Virus record (IMG/VR): IMGVR_UViG_3300028920_000060
Coordinates: 7,968 to 71,967 of that record
Strand: one strand, 5' to 3'
Source: a virus
Length of the DNA: 64,000 nucleotides
Part shown: positions 30,856 through 37,928 of the stretch, piece after piece
Numbering within the stretch: position 1 is the first letter of the stretch
How the letters are laid out: the number at the start of each line of letters is the position of its first letter
Made by a program: the position numbers and the translations under genes
Notes under the pieces: model-generated
The model's input: only the letters and a program-made list of their open reading frames with translations
Told to the model about the DNA's origin: nothing
Databases searched by the model: none

Positions 30856-32109
30856 TTACGCTCTAAAATATATATTTCTAAACAAGGCCCCACTAGGAGC
30901 GGCGGTAAGTAATGCGGCAAGTCTATAATTAGGACCGGTCTCTATATGTAGACTACCGCTGCTAACAAAGTTAAGCTTGAGCTGTGGTATCATCTTATCT
31001 AATCTCTGTGATAGCCAATTAAGATAGGATACCAACTGTGGTTGATGTTGAATAACAAATGCATTTCCCTGATCATTCCAACTTGGAATATCAGTATCAA
31101 TAGCAAATACTTGCTGACTCATAACGCCAGCCATTAAAGCAGCTTCAATAAGCGTAAATTCAAAACATGAATATGGATAGTTATCAAAACTAAAACAACC
31201 AGAAGGCTGGTATGCATTAATAACTTGCAAACCACCTTCAAGAAATGTGACCAGTTGTCCCTTACTATATCCTAAATAACAACTTTCATCCGGATTGCCA
31301 GAAGGTGTAACTAATTTTACAGCTTTATCAATTTGTAATCTTAATTTAGAAATTAAGGAACATACCTTATGTGATATAATTCTAACATTTACGCAAATAG
31401 TTTCCTCTTCTGTACCATCAGTACCACCAGTTAAAAGCGTCTCTGCGTACGCAGCAACAACACTAGTACCAGCGCTTGTTGGACCCAAAGCAACAGAAAT
31501 AATCTCAGCTGCATCCTCACTTGCAGTAGCACTAAACTCTGTAATAATATCATTAGCGATTGTAGTTATAACAGAACTACTATTTGTTGCTAAATTTACT
31601 TGTATCTTGGCTTCATCTCTTACAATAGAAAGTGTTTGATCAGGTGCTCCTGGATCAATATACTCAATAGATATAAAATTACCAGGAGAACCCGCAGTTA
31701 CAGCAGTCCATACCAATACTGAATTTAAACCAGTTCCAGGATCTACTGTTTCAGATGCTTTTACAGAAGCCACTGTCTTAGCACGCCAATTAAAGAGCAA
31801 GTCACGCCTCATTGTAGTCTTGTTCTTTTTATTGGCGTCAGAAGTAAATGCGTTATCTAAACCTAAAGGAAACTCATATCTGCCAATAGATGGATTTAAT
31901 ATTCTAGGTGGATTTGGAGTCCTATCATCTAAAGGTAAATAAACATCTTCTAAAATTTCTGAACCACATACATCAGTAATATGTAATGACAATTCTTCTG
32001 GATCGGCTAATACACCATTAGCATTTTTAAAAGATATACCTATATTTTGTGTTGTTCCCATCAACACTACTTCAGCATCTTGAGAACCAACATCAGGAAT
32101 CAAAGTCAT
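30856..32109 (-). CDS. Head-tail adaptor with inserted Ig-like and sheath-like domains
   Basis: C-terminal LISKLRLQID...YSKGQLVTFLEGGLQVINAY...LIEAALMAG adaptor-type helical pattern; central WTAVTAGSPGNFISIEY insert. Confidence 0.55.
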   Translation of the reverse strand: MTLIPDVGSQDAEVVLMGTTQNIGISFKNANGVLADPEELSLHITDVCGSEILEDVYLPLDDRTPNPPRILNPSIGRYEFPLGLDNAFTSDANKKNKTTMRRDLLFNWRAKTVASVKASETVDPGTGLNSVLVWTAVTAGSPGNFISIEYIDPGAPDQTLSIVRDEAKIQVNLATNSSSVITTIANDIITEFSATASEDAAEIISVALGPTSAGTSVVAAYAETLLTGGTDGTEEETICVNVRIISHKVCSLISKLRLQIDKAVKLVTPSGNPDESCYLGYSKGQLVTFLEGGLQVINAYQPSGCFSFDNYPYSCFEFTLIEAALMAGVMSQQVFAIDTDIPSWNDQGNAFVIQHQPQLVSYLNWLSQRLDKMIPQLKLNFVSSGSLHIETGPNYRLAALLTAAPSGALFRNIYFRA

Positions 32110-32372
32110 TACGTCTGTTCCTCTATTGGAGTGATCATTCCAGTTTCAGCATCAATTTGAACATTATTAATATCTAATCCCTTTTCATTCAGTTTGACAT
32201 TATACTCGTGTTTCCACATCCCTATTTGGAATTTTAGTAATTCTGAATTTGCTTGAGCCTCGGATATCATTGCTTTGTGTTTATCAATTCTTTCTTGTTC
32301 CAAACTCAATTTCAGCATAAGATTTTGCAATCTAAGCTGGTCCAACTCTTCCATTTTTTGTTTTAAGGCCAT
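32109..32372 (-). CDS. Small coiled-coil protein
   Basis: 87 aa, heptad-rich, AGGAGG SD upstream. Confidence 0.5.
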   Translation of the reverse strand: MALKQKMEELDQLRLQNLMLKLSLEQERIDKHKAMISEAQANSELLKFQIGMWKHEYNVKLNEKGLDINNVQIDAETGMITPIEEQT

Positions 32373-32450
32373 GGTTTTCCTGCCCTCCTAACACTAGTGT
32401 GTCAGGGTGTGTTAAAATAATCAACCTAGACATTAATTTAGCTATTCTAT

Positions 32451-32921
32451 TCATTCTTGCGCTTTATCTAAAATCCAAGCCGACAGAGCTATAGTTCCTG
32501 CGGCAGTTATAATACCATAAATATACGTTGCAGTTCTATCCTCATACCAAGAATACTGAACAGGTTTTAATTTTGGAAAGGCTTGCAATACGTCATTCAA
32601 ACCCTGCTGATAATATGTAGCGGTTTCTTTATATGAATTAGTAGATATTTTGTATGCATTTACTGCATTTTTAAGAGCAGTAATCTGCATATCTTGAGAA
32701 TCTATAAGATCAAGTGCTGAAGGTAATTTGTCTTCCAGTAGGCCAAGCACTATTTCAGCTTGGTCTTCAGAAAACCAAACACCATCCTTACCTTGAAATT
32801 TAACTTGGGTAGGTTTTAGGCTCTTTAGAGCTCTATTGATTTCGGTTCGATCAAGTTTCTCAGCATTTGCGGTTGTACTAAACGCCAAGATTCCCAAGAC
32901 GGTCAGCAATCTCATCAGCAT
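32451..32921 (-). CDS. Secreted protein with C-terminal membrane segment; putative non-lipoprotein outer spanin-like
   Basis: Signal peptide ending ANA|E with no Cys anywhere, coiled-coil middle, C-terminal hydrophobic YIYGIITAAGTIALSAWIL; overlaps the upstream TM/coiled-coil gene. Confidence 0.45.
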   Translation of the reverse strand: MLMRLLTVLGILAFSTTANAEKLDRTEINRALKSLKPTQVKFQGKDGVWFSEDQAEIVLGLLEDKLPSALDLIDSQDMQITALKNAVNAYKISTNSYKETATYYQQGLNDVLQAFPKLKPVQYSWYEDRTATYIYGIITAAGTIALSAWILDKAQE

Positions 32922-33216
32922 TTAATCCTCTCTTCTCTAGGCCCTTTTGCAGAGCCTCTTTTTGCTTAGAGATTGCCTCCTCCGTTGCCTTAGCTTCCTT
33001 CTCTATTTCTACTGCACTAATTTCATTAGCCTCTGCCTTGGCCTTGGTAGCCGCCGCCTTTTCTTTAATATTAGCTACTTTGGTTTTTATTTGTAGTTCC
33101 AATAATAAAATTTCTAATTTCCTTCGTAGATTACCATTAATTCCGACGAGTAACAGTAAGGCTATGATCCCTACTGCTACTACGCCGAAAATAATCCATC
33201 TACCGTACTTTTTCAC
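32878..33216 (-). CDS. i-spanin-like protein (N-terminal TM + coiled coil)
   Basis: Probable GTG start at 33216 overlapping the holin TGA: MKKYGRW-IIFGVVAVGIIALLLLVGI, then a long coiled coil. Confidence 0.55.
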   Translation of the reverse strand: MKKYGRWIIFGVVAVGIIALLLLVGINGNLRRKLEILLLELQIKTKVANIKEKAAATKAKAEANEISAVEIEKEAKATEEAISKQKEALQKGLEKRGLNADEIADRLGNLGV

Positions 33217-33629
33217 TGAGGCTGGCCATTCTTCCAAGCAGTGGCAAATCCCTGCACAGCATCCTTACCAAGTTTGATACCAGCATAACCAAGCAAAGCA
33301 AACAATACATAAAGTTCGCTTTGACTAATTTCAGCATACTTGACTACAATTTCAACAACCTGTATTACTTCTTCTTTTACACCACCAACAGCAATAGAAT
33401 CGGCCGCAACAGTAGCCTCATTCTTGATTGGTTCTACAATTTCCCTGACGACATCACCCACCCTGTTCCAAATATACATACAGTGGGAAAACACAATCCA
33501 AAAAGAAACACGTCCAAGGGATAGTTCCCAACCACCATCTTTCTTTTCGCAGATGAGGCCACGAAAGCTTTTAAGTATAGCAAGACTAACCTTCTTCCAA
33601 GTCGCTACAGCAATCTCCTTAGTGGACAC
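33213..33629 (-). CDS. Holin-like membrane protein
   Basis: Probable GTG start at 33629; two TM segments (LSLGRVSFWIVFSHCMYIW; LYVLFALLGYAGIKLG), basic N-terminus, precedes spanin-like genes. Confidence 0.6.
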   Translation of the reverse strand: MSTKEIAVATWKKVSLAILKSFRGLICEKKDGGWELSLGRVSFWIVFSHCMYIWNRVGDVVREIVEPIKNEATVAADSIAVGGVKEEVIQVVEIVVKYAEISQSELYVLFALLGYAGIKLGKDAVQGFATAWKNGQPQ

Positions 33630-34024
33630 TACGCACCCCCTGGTGTTGCGGCTGCCATCATCCAAACATCTACAACTGCTGGAACTGCTGCGCTGTTGGT
33701 AATTACCAATTCACTTTTAAGAATAACTGGTAGAGATTCATCGTCAGGATGTTTTTTATTCAACCTAGTAGAAGGTCTCCATTCCTCAATAGGAACTTGA
33801 AATACTTTGTTAGGGGGTGCGGTATTCACAACTACAGCAGCACCATCATTTTCACCACCAAATTTAGGCTGTACACTAACATTAATTGTAGTGGCATATA
33901 CTTTAACCCAAGCACAGTAGTGTCGATATGGTGTACCAGACTCTAAAGTTAAAGTAGCACTATCAGCACCACCTGCAGCTTCTAACTTTATACGTCTGGC
34001 AAGCTCTAGATGTGTTACATTCAT
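33629..34024 (-). CDS. Hypothetical small beta-sandwich protein
   Basis: 131 aa ORF coupled to neighbours. Confidence 0.45.
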   Translation of the reverse strand: MNVTHLELARRIKLEAAGGADSATLTLESGTPYRHYCAWVKVYATTINVSVQPKFGGENDGAAVVVNTAPPNKVFQVPIEEWRPSTRLNKKHPDDESLPVILKSELVITNSAAVPAVVDVWMMAAATPGGA

Positions 34025-34026
34025 TA

Positions 34027-34968
34027 TCAGACCTGTGCTACAGAATCATCCTCATCATCCAACTCATGAGAGGCTAAATCTGCTGCCTGTTTTTGAGCCC
34101 ACTTCTTTACAGACTTGTAGTAGGAATGAGCTCGAATGTGCTCGTAGTCATCTAAGGTTAAATTGGGAATGTCCTGCAGTGATTCTAAGAGTTCAGCAGC
34201 GGGCATTCTTTCAGATTCTTCAATCTCAGCCTTGACCTGATTACAGAAATGTAGCACCCGAGGATTAATAACTTCATCCTCACCAACAACATCATTATGT
34301 GCTACACGATTACGCTCACCAAAACGAGCAGCACCACCAGGACCGGTCCCCTTTTCTACTACTTCGTGAATCGGCTCTGGAGAGGAAGCTGCAACAGGCT
34401 CTCTATAGTTTCTATCAGAAGTACGTCGACGCTTTTCTTCAGATGCATCAATAGCAGCATCAACGTCTGGTTCACCGTCGTTATTAAGCATATTGCTGCG
34501 CTTTGCTTTACCAGCAAAGTAAGCTTTATACTCTTCTTCAGTCAAAAGTTGGAGAGCCGGTGGACGCCGGCTAAGCATCTTTCTAAAATCCATAGATGCT
34601 TTAATAGCGTCAAAAGGAATAAATTGTGTAAGATTAACTGGATCTCTGTTGTTAGCAAACAGAAAACCTTCATTCCGATTTGGAGCTATCGGAAATTCGC
34701 ACGAAACTTGTGCGTTTGCGAGATTCTGAACATAAATATCTCGCTCTTCCTTGAAGAATTCAGTGAAGTTTCTAGGTACTGGCATAACTTTTCTTCTCCT
34801 GATTGAGGTAGCAGATACTGTTTTGAAGAGCATAATAGCAAAAGGTCGCCTCGAGTAAATTTTGGCTTTCTTCTCTCTCAGCAGCCTTCTTGCTCTCCCA
34901 GGATGTATATACTCCAAAAATCTCTTTTCGGAATCTACTACTAATACATCCTGAGTATGCTTGCTCAT
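34027..34968 (-). CDS. RRXRR/PLMP-domain fusion to a probable capsid-associated protein
   Basis: Residues about 7-47 (VLVVDSEKRFLEYIHPGRARRLLREKKAKIYSRRPFAIML) match the recalled RRXRR consensus (VLDK.GKPLMP.HPARARKLLK.GKAKV.RR.PFTI.L). An internal ATG at 34785 has its own AGGAG SD. No HNH or RuvC motifs. Confidence 0.65.
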   Translation of the reverse strand: MSKHTQDVLVVDSEKRFLEYIHPGRARRLLREKKAKIYSRRPFAIMLFKTVSATSIRRRKVMPVPRNFTEFFKEERDIYVQNLANAQVSCEFPIAPNRNEGFLFANNRDPVNLTQFIPFDAIKASMDFRKMLSRRPPALQLLTEEEYKAYFAGKAKRSNMLNNDGEPDVDAAIDASEEKRRRTSDRNYREPVAASSPEPIHEVVEKGTGPGGAARFGERNRVAHNDVVGEDEVINPRVLHFCNQVKAEIEESERMPAAELLESLQDIPNLTLDDYEHIRAHSYYKSVKKWAQKQAADLASHELDDEDDSVAQV

Positions 34969-35019
34969 GCACAGAGCAGCCCCTCAATCCGTTTGTGCTC
35001 TTGCCAAGAGCACGGGAAT

Positions 35020-35076
35020 TTAACCCACCATGTTCTGTTCTAACACCATGTTAGAAGGAACAGTGTATTTGCTCAT
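35020..35076 (-). CDS. Possible 18-aa leader peptide MSKYTVPSNMVLEQNMVG
   Basis: ATG at 35076 with AGGGAGAGG SD-like sequence; overlaps the 35031-35062 hairpin. Confidence 0.3.
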   Translation of the reverse strand: MSKYTVPSNMVLEQNMVG

Positions 35077-35101
35077 AACGAGCCTCTCCCTAAGGAGGTA
35101 A

Positions 35102-35139
35102 ATTCTAGTGGGTGGATGGTGGATTCCACCCACTAGAAT
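35102..35139 (-). terminator. 15-bp perfect stem-loop downstream of the 35145-35726 gene
   Basis: ATTCTAGTGGGTGGA / TCCACCCACTAGAAT with an 8-nt loop, only a short U tract. Confidence 0.6.
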
Positions 35140-35144
35140 AACAA

Positions 35145-35726
35145 CTACGAAGCCTTCAGAATCTTAATCCGAAGAGCAGAATCGACGATAGGGGTCGGAC
35201 TACCACCAGCAGTATAGACTAACGCGATCGAAATCTTGTCACCCTTAACTACAGTAGCTCCACCTTCATCGCCATAAAGAGTCTGACGCGCAGCAGTAAC
35301 CGTGGTATCATCAGCAACCAGAGCCGAAGCCAGGATGGATGAACCATTTACCAGAACGTCAAACGTCATGTCCTCACCGGAAGCGGGAAGAGCACCAACC
35401 TGAGCTTCGACAGAAATGGTGCCTGCCATATCAGCAGTACCAATCATAATCTCAGCCTGATTTGCAGCAGTTTCCTGCACAAACTCCATCAACTGGGAAT
35501 CGAGCAAAGACTCAATATCGCCAGCTTCCGCCACGGTGGAGATGGTGATCGTACCAGCAGCTACCAGCGTACGAATTGAACCAACTCTGTTCAGATCGTC
35601 AATCGTTACCCGATCCCCGACATCGACATAGCCACTACCTGGCACAGTCTCTCTGATGGTTTCTTCACCAACAGTAAAGTCAAGGGAAATAGGATCTGTC
35701 GTAGTATTGGTAATCAATACTTGCAT
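35145..35726 (-). CDS. Capsid-associated/decoration protein
   Basis: Follows the major capsid gene; N-terminal docking-type domain plus C-terminal beta sandwich; capsid-module codon usage. Confidence 0.5.
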   Translation of the reverse strand: MQVLITNTTTDPISLDFTVGEETIRETVPGSGYVDVGDRVTIDDLNRVGSIRTLVAAGTITISTVAEAGDIESLLDSQLMEFVQETAANQAEIMIGTADMAGTISVEAQVGALPASGEDMTFDVLVNGSSILASALVADDTTVTAARQTLYGDEGGATVVKGDKISIALVYTAGGSPTPIVDSALRIKILKAS

Positions 35727-35748
35727 TTCATTCCCTCACAAAACTTAA

Positions 35749-35790
35749 TAGACAGCTGGGCGTCAGAAATCTGACGCCCAAGCTAGTCTA
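35749..35790 (-). terminator. Stem-loop after major capsid gene
   Basis: GGGCGTCAGA (35758-35767) / TCTGACGCCC (35770-35779), extendable by imperfect pairing. Confidence 0.65.
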
Positions 35791-35798
35791 CCAATGTT

Positions 35799-37007
35799 TT
35801 ACTTCCGGCCCTTGGCTGCCGCTCTCGGGTTCGGGATACCGAAGCCGATGATCTCGCCAAACGCCCAACCCTTGACCAGACGACGATGGCTGAACATGTT
35901 GAAAGGCTCACTGAAGAGCTCAACACGAACACCCATCTCGCCGAGGTACTCACTGCCGGTGACGGCGTAGAAGGTACCCGCAGGCACGACTTCTTCAACA
36001 CCGGTACCAGCTGCAGTGATGATCTGAGCATTGAGGATGTTGCCGATGTAACCGGCGAGGATTAACTCGCGCTCGGTCACCGGGTCAACAGCCGCACTCA
36101 TCGTCTTCACAACGTCCGAAAGCTCAGCACGGTTGATGAAGTACTTCTCAACCATGAGGCGGTGACGCTCAACCTGATAGCGAACATCTTCAAACGCAGC
36201 AATACCGAGCGTAGTGAAGATGGTCTCGGAGTTTACGGTGACGGCAGCACGATCAAGCAGTGCCAGGCCGCGCTTATCCTCTTCGAGCTCAATCTCCTGC
36301 CGCGCAGTGTCCTGAGCACGATCGAGAACATCGTAATTCATCTGATAGATGTCTTCGATGTCCACGGTCGGGAAAGCGGTAACCTTGAACTCGGAAGGCT
36401 GAATGAATCGACCATGAAGTCGAGACTCAATGGACTGACCATCCTGACCAACCACCCAAGCGGTAGCACGAACATCCTTCGCAATGCGGAAGAGTTCGCC
36501 CTGAGCTAACGGACGGACACGATAGAGCTTGCGAGCCCAGCCCTCGTAATCCACGATGTCCTTGATCGGAAGCAGAAGCTCCTGACCAACAATCGCGAAA
36601 CCTTCACCAGTTGGATCAGTCATCGCCGCAGCGAGAACCTTACGCCGATCTTCGGCGTCCATTTGGTTAGAAGCTTCACGATAAAAAGTGCCCGGAGACG
36701 CTTTACGCGTAACGCTCTGAAGCAGGTATGCTACCTGCTGAAGGGCATCTTTATCATCGTAGGCATTAACTTCACCAGACTTATCGAACATGCGGTTCGA
36801 CAAATTGGTGTTACCAACAGCCTGACGAACGCCATCACGAGTAACCTCACCAGCATACGCGGTGGGGTTAAACTTGCCAGTCTCATCAAAATGCTGCTCA
36901 TCTTGCACACTGGCATGACGTTGGATGGTTGGGGTCTCTACACCCTTTGGCGGAGGCGTCGCCGCCCCAGCCGCAGCGAGGCGCTTATAAGGATTTACTA
37001 CGCTCAT
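35799..37007 (-). CDS. Major capsid protein (HK97 fold) with about 110-aa N-terminal propeptide
   Basis: GQELLLPIKDIVDYEGWARKL...FKVTAFPTVDIEDIYQMNYDVLDRAQDTARQEIELEEDKRGLALLDRAA...KGWAFGEIIGFGI; resembles recalled Bxz1-type capsids; located after protease and decoration genes. Confidence 0.9.
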   Translation of the reverse strand: MSVVNPYKRLAAAGAATPPPKGVETPTIQRHASVQDEQHFDETGKFNPTAYAGEVTRDGVRQAVGNTNLSNRMFDKSGEVNAYDDKDALQQVAYLLQSVTRKASPGTFYREASNQMDAEDRRKVLAAAMTDPTGEGFAIVGQELLLPIKDIVDYEGWARKLYRVRPLAQGELFRIAKDVRATAWVVGQDGQSIESRLHGRFIQPSEFKVTAFPTVDIEDIYQMNYDVLDRAQDTARQEIELEEDKRGLALLDRAAVTVNSETIFTTLGIAAFEDVRYQVERHRLMVEKYFINRAELSDVVKTMSAAVDPVTERELILAGYIGNILNAQIITAAGTGVEEVVPAGTFYAVTGSEYLGEMGVRVELFSEPFNMFSHRRLVKGWAFGEIIGFGIPNPRAAAKGRK

Positions 37008-37042
37008 CTTTTTCTCCTGTTAAATTGATTCATAACCTTAAA

Positions 37043-37069
37043 GAGTGGGCGGGTTACCCCGCCCCACTC
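37043..37069 (-). terminator. GC-rich hairpin between decoration and capsid genes (attenuator or mRNA stabiliser)
   Basis: GAGTGGGCGGG-TTA-CCCCGCCCCACTC with one bulge. Confidence 0.45.
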
Positions 37070-37083
37070 AGTACTGGGTTAGA

Positions 37084-37878
37084 TTATGGCTGAACCACAG
37101 GATCGCCACCAAGACGTACACCGAGGAAAGGATCATCGGCGGTCGGCAGCTGCATCACGTGACCAACAAACTCACCTTCAGTACTGTCGGTGGTGAAATA
37201 ACCAGCCAGTGCCGCAGTATTACCACCACAGTACAGGTTTTTACCAGCACCAGTCAGTGCGTAGTCGTTGCGGGAGGTGTCATACATCGAAGTAAACAGA
37301 ATCGAAGCATCGGTAATAACCGTGATTCTGTTGTCAGCGATGCTAACATCATCCGTGAAGTTGAAGAAGTTACGACCCTGGAAGTCCAGATCTCTGGTAG
37401 CCAGATCGTAAGTGTAAGTCACGTAGGTGGCAGCGCCAACTACGAGATTACCAGAGCCGGGGTTGATACGCGTAAGCGTGCCATTCGTTGCATTCAACGT
37501 GTAGTCAGTGGTTGCTACAAGAGCGGTACCACCCTGATCGGGAGCGGTGTTGGCCTTAACATTACTCACGTTCGGATGAGCAAGCTCCACAGTGGCGGTG
37601 ATCGTGGGGAACGTCACAACCTCATCCACCACCGCAGCAGTGTAGACGTTAGTCTTGTTCCACTTAGCAACGCCAAGCACCGGGCGACTGACCGCCTTGA
37701 TCAGGTTACCATCAGCATCCTGCGCCACCAGCATGCCTTGCTCGAAATCGGCAGCGTTAGCTGCACGATAAACGCCGACATCCTGGAGAATGACGCAACG
37801 ACCTAAATCCAGTCCTCTCGGAAATACATCCGATTGGAACGCCCCAAGACGGGGGCTATCTAATCCTACAGAACCCAT
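37084..37878 (-). CDS. Head decoration/cement protein
   Basis: Between scaffold and capsid genes; FEQGMLVAQD, RITVITDASILFTSMYD, VGHVMQLP..DDPFLGV. Confidence 0.7.
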   Translation of the reverse strand: MGSVGLDSPRLGAFQSDVFPRGLDLGRCVILQDVGVYRAANAADFEQGMLVAQDADGNLIKAVSRPVLGVAKWNKTNVYTAAVVDEVVTFPTITATVELAHPNVSNVKANTAPDQGGTALVATTDYTLNATNGTLTRINPGSGNLVVGAATYVTYTYDLATRDLDFQGRNFFNFTDDVSIADNRITVITDASILFTSMYDTSRNDYALTGAGKNLYCGGNTAALAGYFTTDSTEGEFVGHVMQLPTADDPFLGVRLGGDPVVQP

Positions 37879-37928
37879 TTTCTACCTCCATTGGTAGTTA
37901 ACGTTGTGGGGGGACGATGCCCCCGTCC

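Noticed and set aside
34027-35144. Intact IscB/IsrB transposon
   Set aside because: No RuvC or HNH motifs and no TnpA; only the PLMP-like segment is present.
35145-37900. Higher GC of the capsid block as a sign of horizontal transfer
   Set aside because: More simply explained by codon preference in the most highly expressed genes; boundaries coincide with gene ends.
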